From Octopus vulgaris (lineage: Eukaryota), in assembly GCA_951406725.2 (NCBI GenBank), contig OX597837.1, positions 36,890,001-36,954,000 of the forward strand: a stretch of 64,000 bases of DNA, read 5' to 3'. The position numbers and the translations under genes are program-made. Shown piece by piece: positions 28,941 to 43,396 of this stretch (the stretch's first letter is position 1; each line of letters begins with the position of its first letter). The notes beneath the pieces were generated by a model. That model was not told where the DNA came from. It worked only from the letters and a program-made list of their open reading frames with translations, and ran no database searches.

Positions 28941-30352
28941 GATTAAAATTATCTAAATCAAAACCTTTCATGCTAATTTATCTCTCCTGCATCAACCTAT
29001 TTTACTAAATTCTTCAAATTTTCAAAACTAAATAAAACAAAGACTGAATTTCAACAGAAATTTGGTAGCAAAAGGATTAAACAACTTACCTCTTTTACTC
29101 TTTTACTATATCCACCAAAGAAATGTATAAACACTTCAGGCAAGGTAAAATCTGTATAAATATTTCACTTGTATATAAGTACCTCTATAAATATAGACAC
29201 CTCTTTTGATGTTTTATCAAATTCCAAATAACACTGAATTAAAATATTTATACAAATTTTTCCTTTCCTGAAGTGTGTATATATTTTTGTGGCAGACTCT
29301 GCATAAAGCTTCAAATTCCGCTGAGGTCGACTTTGCCTTCCATCATCTTTTGGGGTTGATAAATTAAGTACCAGTTGCATACTGGGGGTGATCTAATCGA
29401 CTAGCCCCCTTCCCAAAAATTTCAGGCCTTGTGCCTAGAGAAGAAAAGACTCTGTATAAAGCTTTCCTTCCATAAGTCCCTAGATCTTCTGTGGTCGGGA
29501 ATGTGTATGATACATAGTATAAATATGTCTAGAATATATATCCTGTATATCAACACATGTGATACACCAAACCGGCAAAGGGTTAATTAAATAGTATGTG
29601 ATAATCATGCAACATTTGATTGTAATGTGCAATATATAATGATGTCTATGCCATGCACTATAAACGCTTAAATTTTGTGTAAAAAAAAACCCCCTCAATT
29701 TTAAAGTTTTTTCCTGTAATAAACTTTGGGGGTTTTCGACCACAAAGTTATTTTACACAATTCTCAGTATGTTTTCTTATTAACCTAAAATGTATAAAAG
29801 TGGAAACATGTTTGTCCAAAACGAGCACAATTTTCTCCTCACCTTCAATAATTTTAATAAACTCTACCGAAATTTTACTTACATACTTACAAATTATGTC
29901 ATAAAAAAAAAAACAATCTCTTTCTACAGATATTTTCAAGAAAGATGTCCTAACTGCCTTGATTAGTCTTGTGTGAGTTTTCCGAACAACGTAACTGCAA
30001 ATTACCCTTTTTATGTAATTTTTTTTTTATTAATATTTTAACATTCCCAAATATAATACTAATTATTTAACTTAACGAACTAACAATTTAACCGAAATAT
30101 TAACCACTATGACACTAACTTTGTGCGTATCCTTCTTCTTTAACCCTAACGAGCATTTATTTCATTACTTTGTCTTAATTTCTTTAGTATTTTTGTCTCT
30201 TTTATTTTTTTATCTTTTACCTGTTTCAGTTATTAGGTTGCGGTCATGCTGGAGCACCGCCTTGGGGAATTTTGGTACTCATTTTATCAGTCTCTTTTGC
30301 TGATCTGCTTAGTTACAGGGCACCTAAACACACCAATACCAGTTATCAAGTG

Positions 30353-30572
30353 AAGGCGGCGAGCTGGCAGAAACGATAGCACGCTGGGTGAAATGCTTAG
30401 CGGCATTTCGTCTGCCGTTATGTTCTGAGTTCAAATTCCGCCAAAGTCGACTTTGCCTTTCACCCTTTTGGGGTCGATAAAATAAGTAACAGTTACACAC
30501 TGGGGTCGATGTAATCGACTTAATCCCTTTCTCTGTCCTTGTTTGTCCCCTTGTGGGCAATAAAGAAATAAG
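30353..30572 (+). mobile_element. SINE family B (Meta-domain-like) with 18 bp TSD, nested in a SINE A fragment
   Basis: Head ggcggcgagctggcagaa...gagttcaaattcc, core gtcgactttgcctttcatcctttcggggtcgataaa-like; TSD AATACCAGTTATCAAGTG at 30335-30352 and 30573-30590. Confidence 0.88.
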
Positions 30573-32579
30573 AATACCAGTTATCAAGTGTTGGTGGGAC
30601 ACACAGACACACACACACACGATTTTGATATTATATGCATGGGGGTATATGCCCACTGTCCATCCAATTGGCTTATCCTCGGAGATAATCTATATTATAG
30701 ATACAATCTTCCTAGTGCATCTCTCCTTGTAAATCAGTGGATTTTTTGGAAACTGTTCCACCCTCTTATCTTTGAAATGCTGAACTCATTTCAAGTTCTC
30801 ACTGCTGATACACATAAATCAAACCAAGAATCTCTGCTTGAGTTTATCTCCCTCACTTCAACTCTTTCCGTGCAGATCAGCCCTAAAGTAGTGCCACACC
30901 CTCACTGATAGTGTATTACTGTTATAAGACGTTACAAAGTAGACCTTATCTCTGCTCTTTCTGAACTTATTTTGGCACGGAACCCATTATACATCATAGG
31001 TTTAACGTCTGCTTTTCCATGTTTGCATGAGTCAGATGGAATTTGCTGAGGCAGATTTTTCTAAGGCCAGATGCCTCTTCCTGTTGCCAACCCATACTTG
31101 TTTCCAAGCAAAATGTTTCCCTGTAACCAGGCATGTTTTCCCATGGAAGACTGGAAACGAACAACCCTGCTTGTATGATGGTGATGCTTATTTACAGCAA
31201 TCAGGTGATGTCTAGGCTAAGGTATACACACACAAACACATATAAACACACACATATAAACACATACATATAAACATACATACACACACACACATAAAAG
31301 CAGATACATACACACATGCATGCAGATACATGCATACATACATACATACATACATACATACATACATACATACATACACAGATGCATACACACATACATA
31401 CATGATTATACATACTCATACATACACACACGCACACTACACAGACACACACAAACACACACAGTGGGCTCCTTTCAGTTTTCATCTCCCAAATCCACTT
31501 AGAAGGCTTTGGTCGACCCAGGGCCATTATAGTAGAAGACACTTGCCCAAGGTGCTGAGTTGTGATATTGAACCCAACACCACAGGATTGGAAAATGAAA
31601 ATCTTAACCACATATCAACACCTCTTACTATAATAGTTTTCCTCAAAAAATCACAGAACCTATACCTATATATTTAACAGACAACCCCACCATTCCTAAT
31701 TTTAATAAAACCTTTAATGAAACAAAAATTTAGAGAAAATATTTATTCATTAAAATCAACAAACAAACGCCTAATAATTTGTTTTAAAATGGTGAATAGC
31801 ATTTTATTTTAATAAATTAAATTTTTTATTGAATTTTATTACAAAACACTTTGGGGAATCTTAGAATTTCTTTCATGCAGCTCTGCGGTTCTTTAGAACA
31901 TATTTTGGGAAATGTAATCTTATCTCATTTAGCCATTTTGCTAATTAACATTAAATCGTGTTCGTTTATGTTTTCTTGTTTTGTCTGGGACAAATCTAAC
32001 CTATTGATTTGATTGACTGATTATTGAACCCTTTTGAGACCAATTCACCAAAAGCTGCTTTCGGTTCTAATGCACCAGAATCTCCCCTTGTTTTGCCCTT
32101 TAGCATATCAGGCCCAAATATTCTATGTGTTTAATGTTCAAACCGGCCAGATTTGGCCTCTCACATCTACCTAAAATATTCTTTTCAAAGTCCGACGGTA
32201 CAGCTGAACTAAAAGTATTACTAAAAACCATAAGGGAAAAAAATTACATTCAGGTTACACTGTGGCACACCAGTGTGCCACGGCATACTGGTTGTGGAGC
32301 ACTGATCGAGAGGACTGCTCAAAATAAAAACACCAGTCATTTTACTTAATCCTTCTAAATCCTCAATCATTTCCAGAATCAATTTGGAGCACGCAAGCAG
32401 CATATTTTGTTAGAAATCCAGTCACAAAAGGGTTTAAGAAGTTTCGTGTTCACAAAATGCTTATTAATTAACATTATTAACCTTCTAAATACTAATTGGT
32501 GTATGGTGAATGTATTAATATTTATACTAACACTACTAACAAAGACTTGTTTTTTTTTTTTCTTTCTTTCTTTCTGCAG

Positions 32580-32648
32580 AGAAATCCTGATACCATGAAA
32601 CCTTTACCAAATCAATCTACCGTTTCTTCTCTCTATTCCTCCAATCAG
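32580..32648 (+). CDS. Coding exon 2; RNPDTMKPLPNQSTVSSLYSSNQ
   Basis: Two TACTAAC branch-point motifs (32525, 32534), long polypyrimidine tract then tgcag|, donor CAG|gtagaa. 69 nt, phase 0-0, open frame. Confidence 0.7.
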
Positions 32649-32753
32649 GTAGAATCAGGGACCATTTTTGTAACTTCCTTGCATGAGTCTTGTCTGCTTC
32701 TTCACACCTTTAAACTTTTTTGTATTTCTTTTGTTCATTTCTGTATTTGTTTT

Positions 32754-32792
<39 letters not shown>

Positions 32793-33529
32793 CACACACA
32801 CAGATATGTATATTATTTAATTGCACTTTGATTCAGCCTCATGCAACTTAAAGTTTTGTGGGCTTGCCTAACCTAACTCATCAGGCAAAGGTAACTGAAT
32901 GGAACAATTTCAAAATCGTTTCTGAAGATTGGGCTGTTATTGGTGAAGGCAGATCACAAGCTGTTGTTGATATGGGAAAACATGCTGAGCTGACAGAACT
33001 GTGAACACAATGCGCACAGGTCTTTAAGACCTGAGTTCAAATTTTGCTGAGGTCGATTTTGCCTTTCATCCTTTCAGGGTCGATAAAATAAGTACCAGTT
33101 GAATACTGGGATTGATGTAATCGACTTACCCCTACTCCAGGCCTTGTGTCTACAGGAGAAAGGATATTGATATGGGACATCAGATACATACCCCAGTCTG
33201 TATTCGTAGGACTGTATGCTTGTACAAGATAGAGAGGTACCATCAACATCCTATGCAAGTATAAGGTCCTAGAAATACAGATGGGGATATGCATCTGCAT
33301 CAACAATGCCATGTGACCTGCGTTGACCAATAGCAGCCCAGTATCCAGAAATCATCTTGAACTTGCTCCATTGAGTTACCTTATCTTGATGTTAGGTTCG
33401 TTTCACAAACCCATGAAACTTTGGGTTGCACTGAATTGAATCAGAATGTTATTAAATAATAAAAGTAACTTATACCAAATGTGTTAAGTGTCATTTTATT
33501 TTGTCTGTCTATTCACTTGTGTATATGTA

Positions 33530-33588
<59 letters not shown>

Positions 33589-33599
33589 TTACATATATA

Positions 33600-33844
33600 T
33601 TGGGTTGGTGCATAATTATTGCGGCTTTTTTTCAACGAATTCTATTAAACAAAAACAATAACAATATTTAACAAAAACATCTTTAAATGATGGTCTCACT
33701 GTCTGTCAAGCAAACGGAAAGCAGTAATTGAAGTGGATGGTGAATATGCTCCAGAATAATCATTTAAAGATGTTTTTGTTAAATGTTGTTTTTGTTGAAT
33801 AAAATTTGTTGAAAAAACGTCACAATAATTATGTAGCAACCCAA
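33600..33844 (+). mobile_element. Mariner-derived MITE
   Basis: Long TIRs starting TTGGGTTGGTGCATAATTATTGCGGC (Hsmar1/MADE1-like), TA flanks; interior encodes a transposase-like end AVIEVDGEYAPE*. Confidence 0.85.
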
Positions 33845-33871
33845 TATATATGCACACCCAGATATGCATGT

Positions 33872-34179
33872 TATTGTTGTTTGTTCCTTCTGGAGCCATG
33901 CCTGGCTCATAAGCGCTGGTTTCCCAGTTTCCTTGGCATATAGGTTCCCCACCAGGACGGGACACCGGTCTGTCACAGGTGAGCTGCAAGATGCAGGAGG
34001 AAAGAGTGAGAGGAAGTCGTGGCAAAAGAGTCAGCAGAAGTTTGCCATTACCTTCTGCCGGAGTCGCGTGGAGCTTAGGTGTTTTCGCTCATAAACACAC
34101 ACATCGCCCGGTCTGAGATTCGAACCTGCAATCCCTCGGCTGCGAGTCCGCTGCTCTAGCCACTAGGCCATGTGCCTCC
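33872..34179 (-). mobile_element. tRNA-derived SINE family D
   Basis: Head ggaggcacatggcctagtgg...ggttcgaatc; head and body shared with the 43397 and 52445 copies, different tail. Confidence 0.8.
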
Positions 34180-34998
34180 ACACATATATGTACACACACA
34201 CACACTCACACACACATACCCACACACACATGCATGTACACACGAGCATATGCACGTACACACACATATATATGTCTAAATGTAAACAGTCACGTTTATT
34301 ATGTTTGCCTAAACTCAGATGTGGGAAGAAGTGTTGCTGCAGAAAAAGGGAGATAATCACAGGAGAAATATCTCCTCATAAGCAACATCATTGGGCTATA
34401 AACGATGTCATTGGATTATTGGATGCATGCATTTCTGTGTTGTTAGGCTTTGTCAGCTGCAGACAGTAGTGATAATAATGATTATAATAATACTGGCAAT
34501 GCATACAATGAGCTTCTCTGCTCTAGGTGTACGGAAAACACTCAGCGAGAAATGGAAGAAAATTTGAAGAAAGAAGGGGAAAAAATAATAGTGATAATAA
34601 TAATAATAATAATAATAAGAGCACTCAGAGAGCGAAAACCTCTGCCAAAGCAACCCCAATGTCCTCTCAATGATTAGCCAGAGATGATTTTCATAGCCAT
34701 TTCCTATAGCTGTTCGTATAAATAAAAGTCTAGACATTAACATCATTGCTGCTGTTGTGTCGCGAGTTATTGACACCCCGGGGGGATTGGAAGAATGGAT
34801 TAGCTAAACTCTTATAAAGAGTAGAGGTCGGTAGTAGTCAAAGGGGAGAGTGTTTTCGTAGTCTCACGAAGTATGTCATGTGAACACATTGATTAACCTC
34901 CATTTTGTTAATTTATATATCCAACATGTGTTAAGGATATAGAAGTGGCGATAAGATCCACTTTTATATCCTTAACACACGTTGGATATATAAATTAA

Positions 34999-35210
34999 CC
35001 CTGTATTTATTTTGAGATGCTCTGTGTTTCTTTCAGTTACTTTAAATATAACAAATAATTTAGTAAAATAACTTAGTTATCATTCAGCTAGTGTTAGGAA
35101 CATTAATTGTGACTAAGGCTTAGTGGAAGATTTTAATTCAAAACTTATGAAAACAAGACATTTGTACTACAGAGCCAGAGGTGGTTTCAGCCAGGTTGAT
35201 ATCAAAAGGG
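34999..35210. mobile_element. piggyBac-like MITE
   Basis: TTAA-CCC...GGG-TTAA; interior shared with the 35335 copy and inverted pieces at 58065-58540 and 28945-29080. Confidence 0.72.
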
Positions 35211-35334
35211 TTAAGAGAAGCTATTTAAGAAAGAAAGAATGATTTTAATGCTGTTGAGGTCATCTTCACCTTTCATATCTCCAACATCAATACTAATGGG
35301 ACCTGTGGAAATTTCACAGAGTGAAAAAGATTAA

Positions 35335-35556
35335 CCCTTTTGTTACCATATTTCTGTTGAGATGCTCTGTGTTTCTTTCAATAAATTTTAAATATAACAA
35401 GGAATTTAGTAAAATAACTTTCTTATCATTAAGCTAGTGATAGGAACATAAATTGTGACTAAGGTTTGGTGGAAGATTTTAATTCAGAACTTATGAAAAC
35501 AAGACATTTATACTACAGAGCCAGTGGCGGTTTCAGCTGGGTTCGTAATGAAAGGG
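35335..35556. mobile_element. piggyBac-like MITE
   Basis: TTAA-CCCTTT...AAAGGG-TTAA. Confidence 0.78.
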
Positions 35557-36948
35557 TTAATGAAACGGAGGCTAATCAATGTGTTCACACGATGTACTTC
35601 GCGAGACTATCAAACGCTCTCCCTCGACTACTACCGACCTCTACTCTTTATAAGCGTTCCGGCTAATCCATTCTTCCAATCCCCCAGGGGTGTCAGTGAC
35701 TTTTGCCACAACAGCTGTCTAAATGGCATCAGTGTGGAATGTTACCTTGACACACACAATCTCACACTCAAAATCACACACACACACATGACTTGCCCTG
35801 CAGTGGAATCGAACCCCCAAACCACATGGGTGCGAAACAAGTTTCTTAACCACATGACCATACTTGTACCTATTGCTATATTGGTACCTTAAAGGTATAA
35901 GTCACAAGGAAAGTTGATGCACAGTTTTTATGCATCGTTGCACATGATTTACTAAATCCTTGAAGACTGCATTCCAATGAGTGAAACCAAGGCGGTGAAC
36001 TGGCAGAATCGTTAGTACACCGGGCGAAATGCTTAGTGGTATTTCGTCTGCCGTTACATTCTGAGTTCAAATTCTGCCTAGGTTGACTTTATCTTTCATC
36101 CTTTCGGGGTTGATAAATTAAGTACCAGTTACGCACTGGGATCGATGTAATCAACTTAATCCGTTTGTCTGTCCTTGTTTGTCCCCTCTGTGTTTAGCCC
36201 CTTGTGGGTAGTAAAGAAATAGGTATTTCGTCTGCCGCCACCGCCAAGGGCATTCAGAGAGCACAAACCTCCACCAAGGCAATACCAACGTCCTCTCAAA
36301 GATTAGATGGAGACGATTTTTAAAATGAGAATATCTGAAATAAACTCCACTGCTCTCACAAACGAGAATACTAAAAATGAAGCCGACCGCCCTCAAAAAT
36401 TAAGCTAAAAAAAAGAAAATGGAAAAAGAATCCAGAAACTGTCTGGTACCGCTAAGCATTTTTCCTGATGTGCTAATGATTCTGCCTTAATGATGATAAT
36501 GATAATCTTTTTTACTAAAAGCAGAAGGCCTGAAATTTTGGGGAAGGGGACCAGTCGATTACATTTACCCCAGTGTTTTATTGGTACTTAATTTATTGAC
36601 CTCGAAAGGATGAAAGACAAAAATCGACCTTGGCGGAATTTGAACTCAGAATGTGGTGACTGGTGAAACACTGCTAAGCATTTTGCCTCGCATGCTAACA
36701 ATTCTGCCAGGTCATTGCCTTAATAATAATGATATAATAATCCTTTCTATTATAGGCATAAGGCCTGAAATTTGGGTGGAGGGGGCCAGTTGATTAGGTC
36801 AACCCCAGTGTTTTACTGGTACTTAATTTATCGACCTTGAAAGGATGAAAGGCAAAAGCAGAATTTGAACTCAGAACATAGCAACTGGCGCAATACCACT
36901 AAGAATTTTGGCTGGTGTGCTAATGATTCTTCCAGCTCACTGCCTTAA

Positions 36949-37168
36949 CCCTTTAGTGTTTAAACTGGCTATATCCGGCCCAGATATTCTACATGTTTTA
37001 TATTCAAACTGGCCAAATTTAGCCTCTCACACCTAACCTACATTGACATTCTAAAAATAAACAATCATATCACTGAAACCTCAAAGCTATAAACATAATG
37101 CATGATTAATTCAAAACAATTTGAGTGGGAAAGTATTAGATTTAACAGAGTAATCTGAACACTAAAGG

Positions 37169-37169
<1 letters not shown>
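36949..37169. mobile_element. piggyBac-like MITE, second family
   Basis: TTAA-CCCTTTAGTGTT...AACACTAAAGGG-TTAA. Confidence 0.8.
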
Positions 37170-37205
<36 letters not shown>

Positions 37206-37988
37206 GCCGTGTCCTTTGCAATTTCCTGCAGTCGTTATTATTCACTATAATTGCGTATGACATAATGGCACACAAAATCATTTGTGTGTTTCCAATAATT
37301 CCCCTATGTCAATATGAATCCGTTTCATCCGCAGAAATTGGATCTTTGGATTTGAACAATAATAATAATAATAATAATAATTGATTATTGACGACAGAAG
37401 CAGTATTAATATCAAAAGATAATCTTTATATCCAACTTAATTTGAATACCTTCTTAGGCATCCATATTAAGTTGGATATATAATAATAATAATAATAAAT
37501 AATAATAATGATATTAAGAATGATAATAATAATAACGATAATGATATTAAGAATAATAATAATAATATCATCATCATCGTTTAGCGTCTGCTTTCCATGA
37601 TGATAATGATATTAAGAATGATAATAATAATGACGATAATGATATTAAGAATAATAATAATAATATCATCATCGTTTAGCGTCTGCTTTCCATGACGATA
37701 ATGATATTAAGAATGATAATAATAATAATAATAATGATGATATTAAGAATGATAATAATATTGTTAATGATAATGAAAACAACAACAATAATAATAATAA
37801 TAAGTTAAAAATAATAATAGTAAAAAATGCATACTATCAATACAAATAATGAAAATGGTTATAAAAATAATAATAATAATAATATTTATTGTATACAAGC
37901 ACATATTTATTTAAAGAATGCTATGAGTCTTTTCCTATTCTATTTATTTACTGCGGATCTCACTTTCTTTTCTTCTTCTTTTTCTTAG

Positions 37989-38047
37989 GAAAATCTCCAT
38001 TTAAACAACACCATCAAGGATTATTCTGATGGGAATGAACTTGACCA
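37989..38047 (+). CDS. Coding exon 3; ENLHLNNTIKDYSDGNELD(Q)
   Basis: Pure pyrimidine tract ending ttag|, donor CA|gtaagt. 59 nt, phase 0 to 2, open frame compatible with neighbours. Confidence 0.75.
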
Positions 38048-39558
38048 GTAAGTATTAATTTCCTTCTAATTTTCTGATAATGTCTGGTCTAAATTGGAGA
38101 AGGTGAGGGCTGCAGCAAGGTTGTCCATGTGGTTAAAATGCCTGGTTTGTAACCACATGGTTCCGGATTCAACCCTGTTGCATGCTGGCTTTGGGTGAAT
38201 GTCTTTTGACACTTTTACTACAAGTTCATCAATGTCTACTGAGTGAAATTTGTTTGACAGAAACTCTAGGAAGCCTGCTTTGTGTGTGTGTGTTTTTGCC
38301 AAAACACTAATGTGGTGAATTGATAAGATATAATTTCACCAAGCGATTGTGTAATCTTGACAGTTGATTTGCTGTAATGTGTATATGCTTTATAAAGCTT
38401 CAAATACCAAATGCATTATCTGTATTTCTGTATTTTATTAATACGATAAAATATGATATAATAAGCAACAGGGATCTCTGGATATCCTTGTTGCTTATTT
38501 TATTCTAATCACCTTATTTTGAAATTTTATGGATAATACCATACTAAATTCTGGTGCCTCAACTTAAGTACCCATATTCATCTGAATCTATATATATATA
38601 TGATGCATATATGGGTACAGGACGTCACCAACAGTAAACAACATGAAATACGAAAACAAATGAGTTCAATATGCAAACAACGAGAGAAACAAATGGAAAA
38701 CAGAACAAGTAACACAAAGAATAACCCTTCATCAGTTGTTGGCTCTCTCTCTACTCCTCATTTCGAGCATTGAAAATATTTATATATATATGTATGTGTG
38801 CGTGTATGTATGTACGTACATACATAGACACATTTACTCTTGGGATTTTGTGGTTCACTTTATCAATGCACACTTTATCAATGGATGGTGCTGAGTTGTC
38901 AAACATTTAAACCAAATTTTCTCAAAACAACTTGTCCGACCGTCCTAAAGGTCTCCCCTTTGAGAAACACTGATTTAACCTAAATTTGAGACACCAGCAA
39001 AAGACGAAATAAAGATAGACTTTTTTTTCTATTCCAAAGAATAACGATTTCCCATGGCTTTGTTGATCGCATTCTCACCTGGAATCGATTTTTGTAATTT
39101 TTTAAAGACTTATACACACCCTGATACCGTCGGTATCTACATATCAAATTTGAGTGCAATTGGATGGAGGATGCCCAAGATTCTAGAAGACTCACACACA
39201 GACAGACAGACAGAACGGATGTTATATAAGAGATGTAATCTTTCAGGTGACTCACCGACATCGAACAAGGACATGTTCTCTACATCGTATATTGAATGCT
39301 TGTTTGTAAAAAAAAATCAAACATGCACACGTGTACACACACACACACGTAAACTGCGCATCAAACAAAAAGCTTTGTTCTTTGTATCTGAGTTTCCTCC
39401 CTTTATGGTAAAGAGAACTTTAATTAATAGAGATTGTTAAAACATGTTATGGATTAAGTACTTGAAGTCATAATTGATAAAAAAGAATAAAACCTTTTGG
39501 AGATGACCCCTGCAAAGCAGTGACCCCACATAGAAGTTCTTCAAAACATTGAACTTAT

Positions 39559-39950
39559 AGGTGCAGATGTAGTTGTGTGGTAAGAAGTTGCTTCCCAACC
39601 ACATGGTTCTGGGTTCAGTCCCACTGCATGGTACCTTGGACAAGTGTCTTCTTTTATAGTCTTCGGCCAACCAAAGCATTGTGAATGGATTTTGTAGACG
39701 GAAACTGAAAGAAGCCCATTGTGTGTGTGTGTGTGTCTTTGTGTCTGTGTTTGTCCCTCATCACCCATAGACAACTGGTGTTGGTGTGTTTGTGTCCCTG
39801 TAACTTAGTGGTTCGGCAAAAGAGACTGATAGAATAAGTAATAAGCTTACAAAGAATAAGTCCTGGGATCGATTTGTTTGACTAAAAAATCCTTCAAGGT
39901 GGTGCTCCAGCATGGCCGCAGTCAATTGACTGAAACAAGTAAAAGAATAA
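39559..39950 (+). mobile_element. SINE A
   Basis: Full consensus match; another partial copy at 40510-40750. Confidence 0.85.
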
Positions 39951-41159
39951 TGAAAAGAAAGAAAAACAGGTAAAGGGAGCTGTATGAAAAGGAAAAGGGA
40001 GCTGTTTGAAAAGGGAGCTGTTTCATCCAAGCTGGAGGCTGATGATACCTCACCTGTGGTGAAACAGCTACCGGGTCTTCACTGACTTTGTTCCCTTTTC
40101 TCTTCTAGGATGTGACCCTTTATCAGTAATTAAATGAAGGTTAATAAAGCTACACAGAAACACCTTCCATAATGCGGCTAAGCCTGAGATAAATACTGGA
40201 ATATAATGCAGTACTACAGTAGACAACATGCCCTGACCACTGCGCTGTGCTCCATACACGTCTGCACTGCTCACAAACACACAGATGCAGAGGTCCTCAC
40301 TGTATCACACACACAACACATGCATATCCTTACCATGGCTATACACCACACATCATCGCTACCACACACACGTTCTTACCACATATATACACACTCTCGT
40401 CTGCACAGCATCTACACACACACACACACACTCTTACACTTAACCTCACCACACACACACACCTATGAATCTCTCTCTCTCTCTCTCTCTCTCTCTTGGT
40501 TAGTCCACATTACTCTGTGTTCCTGGGTTCAGTCCCAATGCACAGCACACTAGGCAAGTTTCTTCTACTTTTACTCTGGGCCAACCAATGCTTTGTGAGT
40601 GAATTTGATCGATGGAAACTGTGTGGAAGCCCGCGTGTGTGTGTGTGTTTATGTTCATCCTCCCTCCATTGACTGACAGTGGCTGTTGGTTTCTTTACAT
40701 CCCTGTAACTTAGTGGTTTGGCAAGAGAAACTGATAGAATAAGCACTGGTTTCTCTGGTGAATATAAGAGACGTAGTCAATATGTATCCGACTTTGATTT
40801 ATTTTAGCACAAAATAATAATGTGTGAGCAAAATGAACATGGGTAGTAAATAGTTGCATCCTTCCTGAGCATGTGCAAAAATTTTCGTGTCTAGGTTGCG
40901 CCAGTCATCCAAAGTAATGCGCCGAGTGCAAACACGAAGAGTGTGCTGTGCAATTTTTCTTTTTGAGTCAAGATGACAAAGCATATTCAGCTATGGGAAA
41001 AACACAAATAAAGGAGTGGTGTAACTGGTTCATAGGTGGCTGCACTTCATTGGACAGTGAGCCATGTTGTGGCAGACTATAAACTGGCAGAAAGAATGAA
41101 ATGATTGCAAAGGGTTGAGGAATAGTTTATGAAGACTATGTGGTGAAAATGACCTGACC

Positions 41160-41550
41160 CGCAGGAGTGGCTGAGTGGTAAGTAGCTTGTTTACCAACCA
41201 CATGGTTCCAGGTTCAGTGGTACCTTGGGCAAGTGTCTTCTACTATAGCCTCGGGCCGACCAAAGCCATGTGAGTGGATTTGGTAGACGGAAACTGAGAG
41301 AGCCTGTCGTATATATGTATATATATATATATGTATGCATGTGTGTGTTCGTGTGTCTGTGTTTGTCCCCCTAGCATTGCTTGACAACCGATGCTGGTGT
41401 GTTTATGTCCCCGTTACTTAGCGGTTCGGCAAGAGAGACCGATAGAATAAGTACTGGGCTTACAAAAGATTAAGTCCCGGGGTCGAATTGCTTGATTAAA
41501 GGCGGTGCTCTAGCATGGCCGCAATCAAATGACTGAAACAAGTAAAAGAT
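41160..41550 (+). mobile_element. SINE A
   Basis: Consensus match with small head deletion. Confidence 0.88.
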
Positions 41551-41562
41551 TGAAGATATATA

Positions 41563-41741
41563 TAGACCTGTGGGCAGCAAAGAACTGGCAGCTCTACCTT
41601 GCCAACACACCCACTCATTCTGTCCACATCGTCCTAGCATTCCTCGTGAAGCAGAACACACCACTTGTTCGTCAGGTTTTCTAATCTTCAGACTTGGTTC
41701 CGTGTGACTTTTGGTCATTCCTAAAGCTCAAAAGAACACTC
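41563..41741 (+). pseudogene. Mariner transposase remnant
   Basis: DLWAAKNWQLYLANTPTHSVHIVLAFLVKQNTPLVRQVF*SSDLVPCDFWSFLKLKRTL, a decayed W.LHHDNAP.H / YSPDLAPCDF.LF..LK. Confidence 0.75.
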
Positions 41742-42619
41742 TTATAATCTTACGATCAAGGGTGCAACTCCCTAACCACTAAGCCATATACCTCCACCTC
41801 TGTATGTGTGTACACACACACACACAAACACGTACACACACATACACAAACACACACATACACCTACACACACATACACGTACACACACACACACATATA
41901 CGTATACACACACACACACATAAATACATACCCATATACACACATGCATAGACACTTGCATACACACACATGCGTATACACACACACACACATACATAAA
42001 TACACACCCACATACACATGCATAGACACTTGCATACACACACACACAGAGCCCCTCCCCCCTCCCTTCCCATTAATTCCCACATGATGATGCTAAGTGG
42101 TCAGCAACTTCTAAAATAGAAGACTTGTCTGGGTCTAATCCTAAGTTGGCTACTTCTGTGTCATAGAAGTCAACTTCAGCCGAGATGACCAACAGAGGAA
42201 TTAGTGTGGGGTGGCGGGTGGCGGCGGGGACGATGCGGGGTGGGGTAGTGCAGGAGGAGGAGGAAGAGGTAAGGAGTGAATGAATGTTAAGCAACAACAA
42301 CATCAACAACAAAAACAGTTCTATTTATAAGAAATAGGAAACATTCTCTTATCGCACACGACTCTGTTGGTTCTACACTGTGTGTGGTTGTGTGTGGGGT
42401 GGGGTTTAAATATTAAATGGGGGTATTCACCCTGCCCCCTCCCCCATCCTGCCGGAAAGTGTTCGGATGTGGTGGTAGTGGTGGTGGTGGTGTTGGAGTA
42501 TGAAGACAAGAAATGTCAGAACTATCACATTTCCGATATGTCATCACATTTTTTTCTCCACTTCTCATGACAATGGCCAACACATACACACACATAAACA
42601 CATAAATACACACACATAC

Positions 42620-42628
42620 ATATATACT

Positions 42629-42667
<39 letters not shown>

Positions 42668-42970
42668 TTGTATATATATATATATACTTGTATATATATA
42701 TATATACTTATATATATATATATACTTGTATATATATATATATACTTGTATATATATATATATATATATATATATACTTATATATATATATATACTTGTA
42801 TGTGTATATATATATATATATACTTGTATGTATATATATATATACTTGTATGTATATATATATATATACTTGTATATATATATACTTGTATATATATATA
42901 TATATACTTGTATATATATATATATATATATATACTTGTATATATATATACTTGTATATATATATATACT

Positions 42971-43030
<60 letters not shown>

Positions 43031-43050
43031 CTTGTATATATATATTATAT
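42620..43050 (+). repeat. (TA)n-CTTG minisatellite
   Basis: Repeated TATACTTG(TA)n units. Confidence 0.92.
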
Positions 43051-43396
43051 ATACACGCACATACATATACACACTTCTGACCGGCACCATCATCATCACC
43101 ACCATCATCAAGATCATCATTACAGTTGCTGCAACTACCTTTGTCTCCACTAACACCACCACCTTCATTATCATCATCATCGCCACCATCACCTCCACCA
43201 CCATCACCACTACCATTAACACCACCACCTCAATCATTAACATGACTAACCACTGCCAACACCATCACCTGCTGATCTAATGAGGTTAGATTATGTATCT
43301 ACCTGACATGCTAAAACTAGCAGCTAAATCTTCCTCAAATCAGACCCTACCATGTCAACTCAAGAAGAATAGACACTAGTCCCTGATATATATATA

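Larger units (their letters stand above)
34751..35715. repeat. Long inverted repeat (~160 bp diverged arms) enclosing a hairpin and two piggyBac-like MITEs
   Basis: 34751-34911 versus 35557-35715, e.g. cttataaagagtagaggtcggtagtagtc / gactactaccgacctctactctttataag. Confidence 0.85.
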
